Source: Thiobacillus sp. 0-1251
Lineage (GTDB): Bacteria; Pseudomonadota; Gammaproteobacteria; Burkholderiales; Thiobacillaceae
Length of the DNA: 64,000 nt
Strand: one strand, 5' to 3'
Assembly: GCF_001899305.1 (NCBI RefSeq)
Contig: NZ_MKWL01000020.1
Shown here: piece by piece, positions 9,731 through 22,017 of the stretch
Layout: every line of letters begins with the position of its first letter
Position numbering within the stretch: position 1 is the stretch's first letter
Notes under the pieces: generated by a model
What the model was told of the DNA's origin: nothing
The model's input: only the letters and a program-made list of their open reading frames with translations
Databases searched by the model: none
Position numbers and translations under genes: made by a program

Positions 9731-10209
9731 ATATTGGCAAGGATACCGTGGTCACCATCACCTATATCGTCAAGGATATGGACGGCAAGCTGCTGGAGGA
9801 AAGCGACGAGCCGGTCAGCTACCTGCATGGCGGCTACGACAACATTTTCCCGTTGGTGGAACAGGCGCTGGAAGGCAAGGCCGTCGGCGAGACCGTCGAC
9901 CTCAAGTTGCAGCCGGCCGATGCATTCGGCGAATTCGAGGAAGATCTGGTGCGGCTGGAACCCCGTGAGTCATTTCCTGCCGACATCGAGGTCGGCATGC
10001 AGTTCGTCGGTTCGCCAGTCGACGGCAGCGAGGAAATGCTCTACACCGTGACCGATGTTGCCGAAGACAAGGTGGTGGTTGACGGCAATCATCCCTACGC
10101 CGGCCAGGCCGTGCATTTTCAGTGCGTCGTGGCCGACGTGCGTGCGGCGACGGCGGACGAAGTCGCCCATCGTCACGCGCACGGTGCGCACGGCCATCAC
10201 CATCATTAA
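9727..10209 (+). CDS. slyD: FKBP-type PPIase with His-rich tail
   Basis: GTG start overlapping the bcp stop; YLHGGY and VDGNHPYAG motifs; C-terminal HRHAHGAHGHHHH. Confidence 0.92.
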   Translation: MNIGKDTVVTITYIVKDMDGKLLEESDEPVSYLHGGYDNIFPLVEQALEGKAVGETVDLKLQPADAFGEFEEDLVRLEPRESFPADIEVGMQFVGSPVDGSEEMLYTVTDVAEDKVVVDGNHPYAGQAVHFQCVVADVRAATADEVAHRHAHGAHGHHHH

Positions 10210-10300
10210 GCCACATGGCGCCGAATCGGATGGTAAAAGGCGCCGGGCTGCTAAAATGCCCGGCTGACCTGTTTTTGTGACAGTTTGATAAAGACCACCG

Positions 10301-11269
10301 ATGAAAACCACTTTCCTCGATTTCGAGCAGCCGATTGCGGAGCTCGAAGCCAAGATCGAAGAACTACGCTTTGTGCAGGATGACTCCGCGCTGGATATTT
10401 CGGAAGAAATCCGCCGCCTGCAGAAGAAGAGCCAGACGCTGACCAAGGACATCTACGCCAAGCTCAATGCCTGGCAGGTGTCGCAGGTGGCGCGCCATCC
10501 GCAGCGCCCGTATACGCTGGACTATGTGCAGGGGCTGTTCACCGATTTCGTCGAACTGCACGGCGATCGTGCCTATGCCGACGATGCCGCGATCGTCGGT
10601 GGCATGGCTCGCTTCAACGGCGAACCGGTGATGGTGATCGGCCACCAGAAGGGCCGCGACACCAAGGAAAAGATCTACCGCAATTTTGGCATGCCGCGTC
10701 CCGAGGGCTACCGCAAGGCGCTGCGGTTGATGCGCCTCGCCGAAAAGTTCGGCCTGCCGATTTTCACCTTCATCGACACGCCGGGAGCCTATCCAGGCAT
10801 CGGCGCTGAGGAACGCGGGCAATCCGAGGCGATCGCGCGCAATCTCTATGTGATGGCCGAGCTGAAGACGCCGATCGTGTGCACCATCGTTGGCGAAGGC
10901 GGTTCGGGCGGCGCGCTGGCGATCGGCGTCGGCGACCGCATGCTGATCCTGCAATATTCCACCTATTCGGTGATCTCGCCGGAAGGCTGCGCCTCGATCC
11001 TGTGGAAGAGCGCCGACAAGGCCTCGGTTGCTGCCGAAACCCTGGGCATCACCGCCGACCGCCTGAAAGCCAACGGGCTGGTCGACCGCATCGTCGAAGA
11101 GCCGCTGGGTGGCGCGCAGCGCGACTGGGACGCCATGTTCCAGGCGATGCGCCGCGCACTGACCGATACGCTCGCCGAATTGCGCAAACAGTCGCTCGAC
11201 GCCCTGTTGGATACGCGTTACCAGCGTCTGCGGGCGTATGGAAGCTTCAAGGAAACCCCCGCCAAATAA
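10301..11269 (+). CDS. accA: Acetyl-CoA carboxylase carboxyltransferase alpha subunit
   Basis: [26 protein letters not shown] and [10 protein letters not shown] motifs. Confidence 0.98.
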   Translation: MKTTFLDFEQPIAELEAKIEELRFVQDDSALDISEEIRRLQKKSQTLTKDIYAKLNAWQVSQVARHPQRPYTLDYVQGLFTDFVELHGDRAYADDAAIVGGMARFNGEPVMVIGHQKGRDTKEKIYRNFGMPRPEGYRKALRLMRLAEKFGLPIFTFIDTPGAYPGIGAEERGQSEAIARNLYVMAELKTPIVCTIVGEGGSGGALAIGVGDRMLILQYSTYSVISPEGCASILWKSADKASVAAETLGITADRLKANGLVDRIVEEPLGGAQRDWDAMFQAMRRALTDTLAELRKQSLDALLDTRYQRLRAYGSFKETPAK

Positions 11270-12581
11270 GGCGATCGTTGCAGAGGTGGCGGACGTGCTT
11301 GGCCGCCACGCTCCTCCGCATGCACGGCTGACGCTGGCCCTGTCGGGCGGGCTCGATTCTGTCGCCCTGCTGCATGCCCTGCTGGCGTTGCGCGACCTCC
11401 ATCCATTCGAACTGCAGGCGGTGCACGTGCACCATGGCCTGTCGCCCCATGCGGACGACTGGGCTGATTTCTGCGGCCGGCTATGTGCCACGCACGCAGT
11501 TGAATTGGCCGTCCATCGTGTGCAGATCGCACGCGATGACCCGGCCGGCATCGAAGCGGCCGCGCGGCGGGAACGTCAACGCATCTTTGCTGCGTTGGAT
11601 GTGGATTTTCTCCTCACGGCACACCATCAGGACGATCAGGCCGAGACACTTCTACTGCAATTGCTGCGTGGCGCCGGGCCGAAAGGTCTGGCGGCCATGG
11701 CCGAACGGCAAGACCAGCCTGGCTGGCACGCAACCCAATTGCGGCCGTTGCTGTCCATTCCTCGCGCCGAGTTGTTGCGTACCGCGCGGGAGCAGGGCCT
11801 TGCTTGGATCGATGACGAAAGCAACCGGGACACCCGATATCGCCGCAACGCGCTACGTCAGCAGGTGATGCCGTTGCTGGCGCAGCATTTTCCCGGCGCC
11901 GGCCGCACCTTGGCACGTGCGGCCGCGCTGCAGGCCGATGCCGCAGAATTACTGGACGATCTGGCACGGCTGGATGCACGGGAGGCCATCGCCGGCGACC
12001 GTCTCGACTGTGCCGCGCTGGCGCGCCTCTCGACTGTGCGGGCCCGCAACCTGCTGCGCCACTTCATCGAGCAGCATGGCCAGCCCATGCCCAGCCTGCG
12101 CCGGCTCGACGAGGCCCTGCACCAGTTGCGGGATGCGCATGAGGATGCGCGGGTGCGCGTCAATCTGGGACAGGTGGAGTTGTGGCGCTACCGCGGCGGG
12201 GCCTATCTGGTGGCGCCGCCGCCGCGCTGGACGGAGCCGATACGCTGGCAGGGCGAGGCGGCAATCTGGGTGCCGGCCGCCGGGGTCAGCGTGCGGATGG
12301 ACCGGGCGAGCGGAACGGGGCTCCGGCAGACGGCGCTAGCCGCAGGCGACGTCACGCTTGGTGTGCGGGCGGGCGGTGAGCACCTCAGGCTTCACGCCGG
12401 CGGTCCTCGGCGCAGCCTGAAGAACCTGCTGCAGGAACACGGGATCCCGCCCTGGCAGCGGGCACGCATGCCGCTGATGTGGTGCGACGGCCGATTGGTG
12501 TGGGCGGCGGGAATCGGCTTTGAAGCCGACCTGGGGGCCGCGCCGGGTGAGGCGGGGCTGCTGCCGCACGTCGAACCCTGA
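11238..12581 (+). CDS. tilS: tRNA(Ile)-lysidine synthetase
   Basis: [14 protein letters not shown]-loop and [11 protein letters not shown]; follows accA. Confidence 0.96.
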   Translation: MEASRKPPPNKAIVAEVADVLGRHAPPHARLTLALSGGLDSVALLHALLALRDLHPFELQAVHVHHGLSPHADDWADFCGRLCATHAVELAVHRVQIARDDPAGIEAAARRERQRIFAALDVDFLLTAHHQDDQAETLLLQLLRGAGPKGLAAMAERQDQPGWHATQLRPLLSIPRAELLRTAREQGLAWIDDESNRDTRYRRNALRQQVMPLLAQHFPGAGRTLARAAALQADAAELLDDLARLDAREAIAGDRLDCAALARLSTVRARNLLRHFIEQHGQPMPSLRRLDEALHQLRDAHEDARVRVNLGQVELWRYRGGAYLVAPPPRWTEPIRWQGEAAIWVPAAGVSVRMDRASGTGLRQTALAAGDVTLGVRAGGEHLRLHAGGPRRSLKNLLQEHGIPPWQRARMPLMWCDGRLVWAAGIGFEADLGAAPGEAGLLPHVEP

Positions 12582-12739
12582 CGAGCCATGGCGTTGCACG
12601 CGCCCGGGCAAGCCCGGCAAACCGCCGCCCGCCGGCAGGACAAGACAGTCCGGGGTGCGCCATGTTATTCTAGCGGGCTGATTTTCATGGTTTTTTGAAC
12701 CTTTTTTCCTGTTTTCTCTCTTTTGTCTGGAGCATACAC

Positions 12740-13168
12740 ATGGCTGTTCAGCGCACTTTTTCCATCATCAAACCCGATGCCGTCGCCAAGAACGTGATTG
12801 GCAAGATCGTCAGCCGTTTCGAGAGCAATGGCCTCAAGGTCGTTGCGTCGAAAATGAAGCATTTATCGCGCCAGGAAGCCGAGGGCTTTTACGCCGTGCA
12901 CAAGGATCGTCCGTTCTTCAAGGATCTGGTCGATTTCATGATCTCGGGTCCGGTGGTGCTGCAGGTCCTGGAAGGCGAAGACGCGATCGCCAAGAACCGC
13001 GCGTTGATGGGCGCGACCGACCCGAAGAAGGCGGAAGCGGGCACCATCCGCGCCGACTTCGCCGAGAGCATCGATGCCAATGCCGTGCACGGTTCCGACG
13101 CTCCGGAAACCGCGGCGATCGAAATCGCCTATTTCTTCCCGGCCAGCGAAGTCTACGCAGGCCGCTAA
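12740..13168 (+). CDS. ndk: Nucleoside diphosphate kinase
   Basis: [11 protein letters not shown] and NAVHGSD motifs. Confidence 0.98.
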   Translation: MAVQRTFSIIKPDAVAKNVIGKIVSRFESNGLKVVASKMKHLSRQEAEGFYAVHKDRPFFKDLVDFMISGPVVLQVLEGEDAIAKNRALMGATDPKKAEAGTIRADFAESIDANAVHGSDAPETAAIEIAYFFPASEVYAGR

Positions 13169-13177
13169 ACCCCACGC

Positions 13178-14296
13178 ATGCCGCAGAATCTGCTCGATTT
13201 CGATCTGGATGGCCTGACCGCCTGGTTCACCGAACTCGGCGAAAAGCCGTTTCGCGCCCGTCAGGTGTTCCACTGGATGCACCAGTCCGGGGTGGCCGAT
13301 TTCGCGCAGATGACCGACATCGCCAAGAGCCTGCGCGAGAAACTCCAGCAGCAGGCCTGCGTGCAGGCGCCGGCGATCAACTACGCGCATACTTCGGCGG
13401 ACGGCACGCGCAAGTGGCTGTTCGACGTCGGGGTCGCCAACGGCATCGAAACCGTGTTCATCCCGGAGGATGATCGCGGCACGCTGTGCGTGTCGTCACA
13501 GGTCGGCTGCGCGCTGGAGTGCACCTTCTGCTCGACCGGGCGGCAGGGCTTCAATCGCAACCTGACGGTGGCCGAAATCATCGGCCAGTTGTGGGTGGCG
13601 CACCACAGCCTCAAGACCGAACCCAACCGTACCGCGTTTAATCACGGCGCAGGCGAAATCTCCGACCGGCCGGTGACCAACGTGGTGATGATGGGCATGG
13701 GCGAGCCGCTGGCGAATTTCGAGAACGTGGTGACCGCGCTCGGGATCATGCTCGATGACCATGCCTACGGCCTGTCGCGGCGACGGGTGACGGTATCCAC
13801 ATCCGGCCTGGTGCCGGCGATGGACCGCCTGGCCGAACGTTGTCCGGTCGCGCTGGCGGTGAGCCTGCATGCGCCCAACGATGCGTTGCGCGACCAGATC
13901 GTGCCGATCAACAGGAAGTATCCGTTGCGCGAACTGATGGCCGCCTGCCTGCGTTATCTGGTGCATGCGCCGCGCGACTTCATCACCTTCGAATACGTGA
14001 TGCTGGCCGGCGTGAACGACCAGCCCGAGCATGCGCGCCAGCTGGTCGAGCTGACGCGCGACGTGCCGTGCAAGTTCAACCTCATTCCCTTCAATCCGTT
14101 TCCGGACTCGGGCTACGAAAAACCGCGGACAGAGTCGATGCGCGTGTTTCGCCAGATCCTGCAGGATGCAGGCTTGGTGGTGACCACGCGCAAGACGCGC
14201 GGTGACGATATCGATGCGGCGTGCGGGCAGCTGGCCGGGAAAGTCGCGGACAAGAGCGGGCGTGTCATGAAACGAATGCACAAGGAGGCAGCGTGA
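13178..14296 (+). CDS. rlmN: Dual-specificity 23S rRNA/tRNA methyltransferase (radical SAM)
   Basis: [21 protein letters not shown] and AACGQL motifs. Confidence 0.97.
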   Translation: MPQNLLDFDLDGLTAWFTELGEKPFRARQVFHWMHQSGVADFAQMTDIAKSLREKLQQQACVQAPAINYAHTSADGTRKWLFDVGVANGIETVFIPEDDRGTLCVSSQVGCALECTFCSTGRQGFNRNLTVAEIIGQLWVAHHSLKTEPNRTAFNHGAGEISDRPVTNVVMMGMGEPLANFENVVTALGIMLDDHAYGLSRRRVTVSTSGLVPAMDRLAERCPVALAVSLHAPNDALRDQIVPINRKYPLRELMAACLRYLVHAPRDFITFEYVMLAGVNDQPEHARQLVELTRDVPCKFNLIPFNPFPDSGYEKPRTESMRVFRQILQDAGLVVTTRKTRGDDIDAACGQLAGKVADKSGRVMKRMHKEAA

Positions 14297-15069
14297 AGAA
14301 ATGGGTAGGGGTACTGGTTGCAGCGGCATTGCTGGCGGGTTGCGCAGCACAGCCGATGGACGGGAGCGGCGGTGTGGCCGCCAGCGAGGCTGACAGCCAG
14401 AGCCGCGAACGTGCCCGTGCATTCACGGATCTGGCCGGGGCCTATGTCGCGCGTACCCAGTACAAGGTCGCGCTCGACGAGTTGCGCAAGGCGATCACGG
14501 CTGACAATCGCTATGGCCCGGCCTACAACATCTACGGCATGATCTACATGGATTTGGCCGAGGACAAACTGGCCGAGGAAAATTTTCGCCGCGCCATTGA
14601 ACTCGATCGCAACGATTCGAACGCGCACAACAACTACGGCTGGTTTCTCTGTACCCGCGGCCGCTACGATGAAGGCCTGGCGCAATTCAGCGCTGCCATT
14701 CGCAACCCTTTGTATACGCAGCCCGAACTGGCCATGACCAATGCCGGTTTGTGCGCCGAAAAGAAGGGCGATATCGCGTTGGCCGAGGCCAATCTGGGCA
14801 AGGCGCTCAAACTGCAGCCCGATAGCCCCAACTCCGTCCTCAAGCTGGCCGGACTGTATTTCCGCCAGGGGCGCCTGGCGGAAGCGCAGCGCCTGCTGGG
14901 GCGGCATGACGAGCTGGCGCCTCCATCCGCCGAAAGCCTGTGGCTGGGCGTGCGGCTGGAACGCAAGCTGGGTGATCGGGCGCAGGAAGCCGCCTATGCC
15001 TTGCAGCTGCGCAAACGCTTCCCCGATTCGAACGAGACGCAGCAGTTGCTGACGGGACATTTCGAATGA
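14293..15069 (+). CDS. pilW: Type IV pilus biogenesis/stability lipoprotein PilW (PilF), TPR
   Basis: Lipobox LAGC, TPR repeats, NNYGWFLC; canonical position after rlmN. Confidence 0.9.
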   Translation: MKKWVGVLVAAALLAGCAAQPMDGSGGVAASEADSQSRERARAFTDLAGAYVARTQYKVALDELRKAITADNRYGPAYNIYGMIYMDLAEDKLAEENFRRAIELDRNDSNAHNNYGWFLCTRGRYDEGLAQFSAAIRNPLYTQPELAMTNAGLCAEKKGDIALAEANLGKALKLQPDSPNSVLKLAGLYFRQGRLAEAQRLLGRHDELAPPSAESLWLGVRLERKLGDRAQEAAYALQLRKRFPDSNETQQLLTGHFE

Positions 15070-15881
15070 GTGGGAGTGGGCTGGCCTCGGTCGGCCAGAT
15101 TTTGCGGGAGGCACGCGAAGCGCAGGGCATCACGCTGGACAATGCAGCCATGCGCCTGCGTCTGATGCATCGCCAGGTGGAGGCGATGGAACGGGACGAC
15201 TTCGAGAGCCTGGGCCAGCCCGTTTTCGCACGTGGCTTTGTGCGGAACTATGCGCGTCTGTTGGGGCTGGTGCCGGAGTCCCTGCTGGCGCGCATGGATG
15301 GCGGTCCCACCGAACCGGCTGCGTTCGTCCCGACCGAACCGGCGCTGCCGCGGTCATGGCTGACTTCTCCGTGGCTGATCCTGTCGCTGCTCGGCCTGTT
15401 GCTGGTGGTGGCCGTGCCGGTTGCCTTGTATGCGTGGCTCAACAGCGATGGGGGCGAGCGCCCTGACACGCCGACCCCCGCCGTCATGCAGCCGCGTCCG
15501 GCAGCGGCCGTCGCAACCGCACCTGTCACTGCGCCGGCTGATGTCGTGTCGCCTGCGCCCGTGTCGCCCGTGATCCCCGCTACGGCTGACGGTACGTCGC
15601 CTGAGGCTACGACGTCTGGGACGGCCGAGTCTGCGGCGGAGGGCAGTGTGCTGCACCTCGATTTCGGCGACGAGTCGTGGACCGAGATCAAGGATGCCAG
15701 CGGTCGCATGCTGATGCGTCAACTCAATCCCGCAGGTAGCAGCGCAGACGTTCACGGCCAGCCTCCCTTCGATGTGGTGATCGGCAATGCCACGCAAGTG
15801 CAGATGACGTACAACGGCCGCCCTATCGACCTGAAACCCTTTATTGACGTGACGGTTGCCCGCTTCACGCTGGAAGAATGA
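15066..15881 (+). CDS. rodZ: Cell-shape protein RodZ
   Basis: N-terminal HTH ([15 protein letters not shown]), a single TM, Pro/Ala linker and C-terminal DUF4115-like domain. Confidence 0.88.
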   Translation: MSGSGLASVGQILREAREAQGITLDNAAMRLRLMHRQVEAMERDDFESLGQPVFARGFVRNYARLLGLVPESLLARMDGGPTEPAAFVPTEPALPRSWLTSPWLILSLLGLLLVVAVPVALYAWLNSDGGERPDTPTPAVMQPRPAAAVATAPVTAPADVVSPAPVSPVIPATADGTSPEATTSGTAESAAEGSVLHLDFGDESWTEIKDASGRMLMRQLNPAGSSADVHGQPPFDVVIGNATQVQMTYNGRPIDLKPFIDVTVARFTLEE

Positions 15882-17101
15882 TGTCCCAGATTATCCGTCG
15901 TCCCACCCGTCAGGTGCAGATCGGCCAAGTGCGGGTCGGCGGTGACGCCCCCGTGGTGGTGCAGTCGATGACCAACACCGACACCGTCGATATCACTGCG
16001 ACCGTGTGTCAGGTGCAGGCGCTCGCCGAGGCTGGATCGGAACTGGTGCGGCTGACCGTCAACACGCTGGACGCCGCCGCTGCGGTGCCGCGCATTCGTG
16101 AGCGACTCGATGTGCTGGGCTGTCGCGTGCCGCTGATCGGCGATTTCCATTTCAACGGCCACAAGCTCTTGACCCAGGTGCCCGAGTGCGCGGAGGCGCT
16201 GGCCAAGCTGCGCATCAATCCCGGCAACATCGGACGCGGCAACAAGCGCGACGAGCAGTTCGCCACGCTGATCGAGGTGGCATGCCGCTACGACAAGCCG
16301 GTGCGCATCGGCGTCAACTGGGGCAGCCTCGACCAGGCGCTGGCAGCGCGCATGATGGACGACAATGCCCGGCTTGCGCAGCCGGAAGACGCCGAGGTCG
16401 TGATGCGGCGCGCGATGGTCGCATCTGCGCTCGAGTCGGCCAGGAAAGCCGAGGAACTGGGACTCGGTGGCGACAAGATCATCCTGTCGTGCAAGATGAG
16501 TCGGGTACAGGATCTCATTTCGGTCTACCGTGATCTGGCGTCGCAGTGCGACTACCCGCTGCATCTGGGGTTGACCGAGGCAGGCATGGGCAGCAAGGGC
16601 ATCGTCGCCTCGACTGCCGCCTTGTCCGTGCTGCTGCAGGAAGGCATCGGCGATACCATCCGGATTTCGCTGACGCCTGAGCCGGGTGGCGAGCGTACCC
16701 AGGAAGTCCGTGTCGGCCAGGAAATCCTCCAGGCGCTGGGCTTACGTGCATTCACACCCCAGGTCACGGCCTGTCCTGGCTGCGGCCGCACCACTTCCAC
16801 CGTGTTCCAGGAACTGGCGCAGGATATCGAAACCTATTTGCGTACCCAGATGCCCGTGTGGCGCAGCCAGTATCCCGGCGTCGAATCCATGCAGGTCGCG
16901 GTGATGGGCTGCGTGGTCAACGGCCCTGGCGAGTCCAAGCATGCCAATATCGGCATCTCGCTGCCCGGTACGGGCGAAGTGCCGGTCGCGCCGGTATACG
17001 TCGATGGCGAAAAAACCGTGACGCTAAAAGGCGAGAAGATAGCCGAAGAATTCCAGACCATCGTCGAAGACTATGTGCGCAGCCATTACGGCACTGCGTG
17101 A
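15878..17101 (+). CDS. ispG: HMBPP synthase
   Basis: [29 protein letters not shown] and [11 protein letters not shown] motifs. Confidence 0.97.
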   Translation: MMSQIIRRPTRQVQIGQVRVGGDAPVVVQSMTNTDTVDITATVCQVQALAEAGSELVRLTVNTLDAAAAVPRIRERLDVLGCRVPLIGDFHFNGHKLLTQVPECAEALAKLRINPGNIGRGNKRDEQFATLIEVACRYDKPVRIGVNWGSLDQALAARMMDDNARLAQPEDAEVVMRRAMVASALESARKAEELGLGGDKIILSCKMSRVQDLISVYRDLASQCDYPLHLGLTEAGMGSKGIVASTAALSVLLQEGIGDTIRISLTPEPGGERTQEVRVGQEILQALGLRAFTPQVTACPGCGRTTSTVFQELAQDIETYLRTQMPVWRSQYPGVESMQVAVMGCVVNGPGESKHANIGISLPGTGEVPVAPVYVDGEKTVTLKGEKIAEEFQTIVEDYVRSHYGTA

Positions 17102-17124
17102 AATGCATTTCTGCTGATTAAGTT

Positions 17125-18399
17125 ATGAGCAACAACATTCAATCCGTGCGCGGCATGAACGACTGCCTGCCCGATGTCAGCGACACGTGGCAGGGGTTCG
17201 AGGCGATCGTGCGCGACTGGCTGCGGCGCTACGGCTACCGCGAGATACGTACGCCGATTCTCGAGCATACTGGGCTGTTCAAGCGTGCCATCGGTGAAGT
17301 GACCGATATTGTCGAGAAGGAGATGTATACCTTCGTCGACGAACTGAACGGCGAATCGCTGACGCTGCGCCCGGAAGGCACGGCGTCGTCGGTGCGTGCG
17401 GTGATCCAGCACAACCTGTTGTACGACGGCGGCAAGCGATTGTGGTACACCGGGCCGATGTTCCGCCATGAGCGTCCGCAAAAGGGCCGCTACCGGCAAT
17501 TTCACCAGGTCGGCGTGGAAGCGCTCGGCTTTGCCGGGCCGGACGTCGATGCCGAACTGATCGTGATGTGCGCCGATCTGTGGAAGGAACTGGGCATCGC
17601 GCCGACGCTTCAGCTCAACACCTTGGGCGATCATGCCGCGCGGCAGCGGCACCGCGAGAAACTGATCGCCTATTACGCATCGCACCAGGACGTGCTCGAC
17701 GAAGATGCCAGGCGCCGGCTGCACAGCAATCCGCTGCGCATCCTCGACAGCAAGAACCCGGCAATGCAGGCACTGAACGATGCGGCGCCCAAGCTGATGG
17801 ATGAACTTGAGGACGAGGCGCTGGCGCATTTCGAAGGGGTGCAGACGCTGCTTCGCGCGAATGGCATCGCCTTCGAGATCAATCCCAGGCTGGTGCGCGG
17901 GCTGGATTACTACAACCGCACCGTGTTCGAATGGGTGACCGATCAGCTTGGCGCGCAGGGCACGGTGTGTGCGGGCGGCCGCTACGACGGACTGGTCGAG
18001 CAATTGGGCGGCAAGCCGGCGCCTGCAGCCGGGTTTGCGATGGGTATCGAACGGCTGCTGGCATTGGTCGAAGCGGGCGGACGCACCATCGCGACACCGG
18101 CATCCGATGCCTATATCGTTCATGCCGGCGACGCGGCACAGGCCTTTGCCTGGCAGGTGGCAGGTTCGCTGCGCAGTGTCGGACTCGCCGTCGTCCTGCA
18201 TTGTGGCGGCGGTAGTTTCAAGTCGCAGATGAAAAAGGCCGATGCCAGTCGCGCTCGTTATGCGGTGATCATCGGCGACGACGAGGCCGCCGCGCAGCAG
18301 GTGACGCTGAAGCCGCTGCGCGAGGCAGGCGAACAGACCCGCGTCGAGGTGGCGCGGGCGATTCAATTCATTCAAGAAGCATCAACTCAAAAGGCATAG
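17125..18399 (+). CDS. hisS: Histidine--tRNA ligase
   Basis: [21 protein letters not shown] and LVRGLDYY motifs. Confidence 0.98.
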   Translation: MSNNIQSVRGMNDCLPDVSDTWQGFEAIVRDWLRRYGYREIRTPILEHTGLFKRAIGEVTDIVEKEMYTFVDELNGESLTLRPEGTASSVRAVIQHNLLYDGGKRLWYTGPMFRHERPQKGRYRQFHQVGVEALGFAGPDVDAELIVMCADLWKELGIAPTLQLNTLGDHAARQRHREKLIAYYASHQDVLDEDARRRLHSNPLRILDSKNPAMQALNDAAPKLMDELEDEALAHFEGVQTLLRANGIAFEINPRLVRGLDYYNRTVFEWVTDQLGAQGTVCAGGRYDGLVEQLGGKPAPAAGFAMGIERLLALVEAGGRTIATPASDAYIVHAGDAAQAFAWQVAGSLRSVGLAVVLHCGGGSFKSQMKKADASRARYAVIIGDDEAAAQQVTLKPLREAGEQTRVEVARAIQFIQEASTQKA

Positions 18400-18402
18400 C
18401 GC

Positions 18403-19044
18403 ATGGCAACCTACGATCTCGACGAGCAGGAACGGCTGGACGAACTGAAAGCCTGGTGGAAACGCTGGGGCAGCCTGGTGATGGTCGGTCTGGCCGTGGT
18501 GGTCGCGGGGGCAGCAGGCTGGCGCTACTGGCAGAACCACACGGTGACGCAAAGCCTGGAAGCGGCAACCGTGTACGAAAAACTCACGCAGTCGCTGGCT
18601 GCAAATGACGCCAAGAGCGCACGCGAAGCGGGTGCGATGCTGCTCGACCAGTACAAAGGCACGGCGTATGCACCACGTGCCGCGATGCTGCTGGCCAAGC
18701 TCAATGTCATGAACAAAGACCTGAAAAGCGCGCAGAGCCAGCTGGAATGGGCCGTGGCCAACAGCAAGGAGCCGGCCGTGAAGGATCTGGCGCGCCTGCA
18801 TCTTGCGGGCGTACAGCTTGACCAGAAACAATATGAAGCGGCGTTGAAAACCCTGGCAGGCTCGCATAGCGATGCGTTTGCTTTCCGTTTCGAAGACATG
18901 CGGGGCGATGTGCTGATGGCGCAAGGCAAGAAAGCCGAGGCGCGTGAGGCGTATCAGGCGGCGTTCGGCAAGATGGAAAAAGACAATCCCTATCGCAGCA
19001 TCGTCGAACTGAAGCTCGATGCACTGGGAGGAGAAACCAAGTGA
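18403..19044 (+). CDS. yfgM: YfgM family TPR membrane protein
   Basis: YDLDEQERLDELKAWW N-terminus; located between hisS and bamB. Confidence 0.9.
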   Translation: MATYDLDEQERLDELKAWWKRWGSLVMVGLAVVVAGAAGWRYWQNHTVTQSLEAATVYEKLTQSLAANDAKSAREAGAMLLDQYKGTAYAPRAAMLLAKLNVMNKDLKSAQSQLEWAVANSKEPAVKDLARLHLAGVQLDQKQYEAALKTLAGSHSDAFAFRFEDMRGDVLMAQGKKAEAREAYQAAFGKMEKDNPYRSIVELKLDALGGETK

Positions 19045-20201
19045 AGATGCGCATGATAGTCGCCGGCCTGGCGCTGGCCATGTCGGGATGCAGCACGGTC
19101 GGTTCGATGACCAGCACGGTGGGCGGCTGGTTTGGCCACGGTCCGGTCAGGGCCAAACCCGCTGAACTGGTCGAATTCAAACCCACTGCCAACCTCACCG
19201 AAGCCTGGAAAGACGAAACGGGAGATACCAGCGGTTATCTGTTCCGGCCCCGGGCCGTAGGCGACGATGTGTTTGCCGCGGGTGGCAGCCGGGTGGTGCG
19301 CATCACGGTAGCCAATGGCAACACGGTATGGAAAACCGATGCCGACGCCAAGTTGTCGGCTGGCGCAGGCGTGGGGCAAGGGCTGGTGCTGGTAGGCAGC
19401 ACCAAGGGCGAATTGCTGGCGTTGGATCAGACCAGCGGCCAAGTGCGTTGGAAAGTGGCTTTGTCGAGCGAGGTGACCGGCCAGGCGCTGGTCGTGGGGG
19501 ACATTGTCATCGCACGCACGGGCGATGGCCGTGTGCAGGGGCTGGGGGTCGCCGATGGCAGCCGAAAATGGCTGTACACCCGCACTCTACCGGTATTGAG
19601 CCTGCGCGGTTCGGGCGGCATGACCGTGCGTGACGAGGTGCTCTATGCCGGGTTCCCGGGCGGCAAACTGGTTGCGCTCAATGCGGCCAATGGTGCGCAG
19701 TTGTGGGAGGCGACCGTGGCGCTGCCGCGCGGAGCGACCGAACTCGAGCGGGTGGCCGATGTGATGGGCAATCCGGCCGTGGATGAACGCCAGGTGTGCG
19801 CGGTTGCCTATCAGGGACGGGTGGCCTGTTTCGACCGGCGCAACGGGGAACTGCTGTGGGCGCGCGACACCTCCAGCAACACCGGCCTGGCGATGGACGA
19901 GCGTAATGTCTACGTCACCGACGACAAGGACGCCGTGACGGCCTACGATAAAACCAGCGGCCGTGCCGGCTGGCGGCAGGACAAGCTGGCGCGCCGTGCC
20001 GTGACCGCACCGCTGGCGCTCGGCGCCTGGGTCGTGGTGGCTGACGGTGAGGGATACGTCCATGTGCTGTCGAGCGAGGATGGCAGCTTCGTGGCGCGTG
20101 CGAAAGTCGACAGCGGCGTCCATTCGGCGCCGGTCGATATCGGGCCGGGTTTCGCGGTGGAGACGACCAAAGGCAATGTCGTCGCGTTCCGGCTCAAGTA
20201 A
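19041..20201 (+). CDS. bamB: Outer membrane assembly lipoprotein BamB
   Basis: Lipobox MSGC, PQQ-like repeats and ELERVADV. Confidence 0.93.
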   Translation: MKMRMIVAGLALAMSGCSTVGSMTSTVGGWFGHGPVRAKPAELVEFKPTANLTEAWKDETGDTSGYLFRPRAVGDDVFAAGGSRVVRITVANGNTVWKTDADAKLSAGAGVGQGLVLVGSTKGELLALDQTSGQVRWKVALSSEVTGQALVVGDIVIARTGDGRVQGLGVADGSRKWLYTRTLPVLSLRGSGGMTVRDEVLYAGFPGGKLVALNAANGAQLWEATVALPRGATELERVADVMGNPAVDERQVCAVAYQGRVACFDRRNGELLWARDTSSNTGLAMDERNVYVTDDKDAVTAYDKTSGRAGWRQDKLARRAVTAPLALGAWVVVADGEGYVHVLSSEDGSFVARAKVDSGVHSAPVDIGPGFAVETTKGNVVAFRLK

Positions 20202-20243
20202 ACAACACGACGCGTCGGCTCTGACGCGTCAGCAAGGATAGCC

Positions 20244-21653
20244 ATGCTTCCCACTCTGGTTCTTGTCGGGCGCCCGAACGTCGGCAAGTCCACCTTGTTC
20301 AACCGCCTCACCGGCACGCGCGATGCCCTGGTGCACGATATGCCGGGGATGACGCGCGACCGCCACTACGGGCGCGGGCGCATCGGCGGCAAGCCCTATT
20401 TGGTGGTCGACACCGGCGGCCTCGAGCCGGTGGCCAAGGAGGGCATCATGGCCGAGATGGCGCGGCAGACACTGCAGGCCATCGACGAGGCGGACGCCAT
20501 CATTTTCATGGTCGATGCGCGCAGTGGCCTCACGCCGCAGGACAAGGTGATCGCCGATCGTCTGCGCCGTGCGACGTGCCCGGTGCTGCTGGCGGTCAAC
20601 AAGGCCGAGGGCATGAATCGCGCGGTGGTGACCGCCGAATTCCACGAGTTGGGACTGGGCGAGCCGCTGGCGATTTCCGGCGCGCACGGCGACGGCATTT
20701 CCGACCTGGTGGATGAGGCGCTGGCGCCGTTCTCCGAAGAAGAAGAAAAGACCGACGAATTCGGTATTCCCAAGATTGCCTTGGTGGGACGTCCCAACGT
20801 CGGCAAATCGACGCTGGTCAACGCCCTGGTGGGCGAGGAACGCGTCATTGCGTTCGATCAGCCCGGCACCACGCGCGATTCGATCTACGTCGAGTTCGAG
20901 CGCGACGGCAAACCGTACATTTTGATCGACACCGCCGGCGTGCGGCGTAAAGGGAAGGTGTTCGAGACGGTGGAAAAATTCTCCGTCATCAAGACGCTGC
21001 AGGCTATCGAGGATGCCAACGTCGTGGTACTGGTGCTCGACGCGCGCGAGAACGTTTCCGAGCAGGATGCGCATCTGGCGGGCTTCGTGCTGGAAACCGG
21101 GCGCGCGCTGGTGGTGGCGGTGAACAAATGGGATGGCCTGTCCGCCGAGCAGCGTGACGATATCAAGCGCGACATCGGCCGCAAGCTGGCTTTCCTGGAT
21201 TTCGCCCGATTCAATTACATTTCGGCCTTGAAGAGCAAGGGCCTGGACACCCTGCTGAAGGATGTCGAAGCCGCGCATGCCGCCGCCTTCCTCAAGATGT
21301 CGACGCCCAAGCTGACGCGCGTGCTCGAGATGGCGGTGGAGCAGCATGCGCCGCCCAAGAATGGCTTGTTCCGTCCCAAACCGCGCTACGCGCACCAGGG
21401 CGGCAAGAACCCGCCTGTGATCATTCTGCATGGCAACGCGCTGGAAGGCTTGCGCGACGACTACAAGCGCTACCTGGAAAGCAGTTTCCGCAAGGCGTTC
21501 AAGCTGCAGGGCACGCCGCTTCGGATCCAGGTGAAGGAAGACACGGGCAAAAATCCGTATGAAGGCAAGACGCGCGCGCCGCTCACCGAAAGCGAGGCGA
21601 CGCGGATGCGGCGCAAGAAGCGGGTACGGCGCAAGGTCTACGGCTCAACCTGA
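20244..21653 (+). CDS. der: Ribosome biogenesis GTPase Der (EngA)
   Basis: Two GRPNVGKS G-domains, with DTGG and DTAG motifs. Confidence 0.98.
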   Translation: MLPTLVLVGRPNVGKSTLFNRLTGTRDALVHDMPGMTRDRHYGRGRIGGKPYLVVDTGGLEPVAKEGIMAEMARQTLQAIDEADAIIFMVDARSGLTPQDKVIADRLRRATCPVLLAVNKAEGMNRAVVTAEFHELGLGEPLAISGAHGDGISDLVDEALAPFSEEEEKTDEFGIPKIALVGRPNVGKSTLVNALVGEERVIAFDQPGTTRDSIYVEFERDGKPYILIDTAGVRRKGKVFETVEKFSVIKTLQAIEDANVVVLVLDARENVSEQDAHLAGFVLETGRALVVAVNKWDGLSAEQRDDIKRDIGRKLAFLDFARFNYISALKSKGLDTLLKDVEAAHAAAFLKMSTPKLTRVLEMAVEQHAPPKNGLFRPKPRYAHQGGKNPPVIILHGNALEGLRDDYKRYLESSFRKAFKLQGTPLRIQVKEDTGKNPYEGKTRAPLTESEATRMRRKKRVRRKVYGST

Positions 21654-21725
21654 GCCGCGCATGCGCGGGCTCACCCGCAAGGGGTAGGCCGTGGTTGTAA
21701 AGCCGATAAATCGGCAACAACCACG
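21651..21725. repeat. Three abutting hairpins filling the convergent der/hypothetical gap; the last is GTAG-footed (REP-like)
   Basis: TGAGCC-GCGC-AT-GCGC-G-GGCTCA (21651-21673); CCC-GCAA-GGG; GTAG at 21684; CGTGGTTGT...GCCGAT-AA-ATCGGC...ACAACCACG (21690-21725). Confidence 0.6.
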
Positions 21726-21726
21726 C

Positions 21727-21978
21727 TCAGTCGAGCCAGCGCACCAGATAGAACAGCTTGAACCCTTCGGAGGAACGCGACGGACCGCTGGCAATGGCGG
21801 CGTGGCGGCTCTTGGCGGGATCCGCATGCGCACGCGCTTCGTCCTCGCTGGCGTAGACCTCGACCACGCCCTCGGGAAAACGCTTGCGGTGTTTGCCTGA
21901 AGGCGAATAGATCACCACCGCCGACGTGCCGACGACTTTCGATTCGACATCGGTGAACAGGCTGGTGGCTTGCGGCAT
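21727..21978 (-). CDS. Small hypothetical protein (83 aa)
   Basis: Clean ORF with a globular-looking sequence ending GPSRSSEGFKLFYLVRWLD; downstream of the 93-aa gene. Confidence 0.7.
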   Translation of the reverse strand: MPQATSLFTDVESKVVGTSAVVIYSPSGKHRKRFPEGVVEVYASEDEARAHADPAKSRHAAIASGPSRSSEGFKLFYLVRWLD

Positions 21979-22017
21979 TCGGCTGTCTCTAAATGATGCA
22001 TCGCTGAACGCGATGCA

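Noticed and set aside
10167-10209. His-rich tail of SlyD
   Set aside because: A known metal-binding feature of the family.
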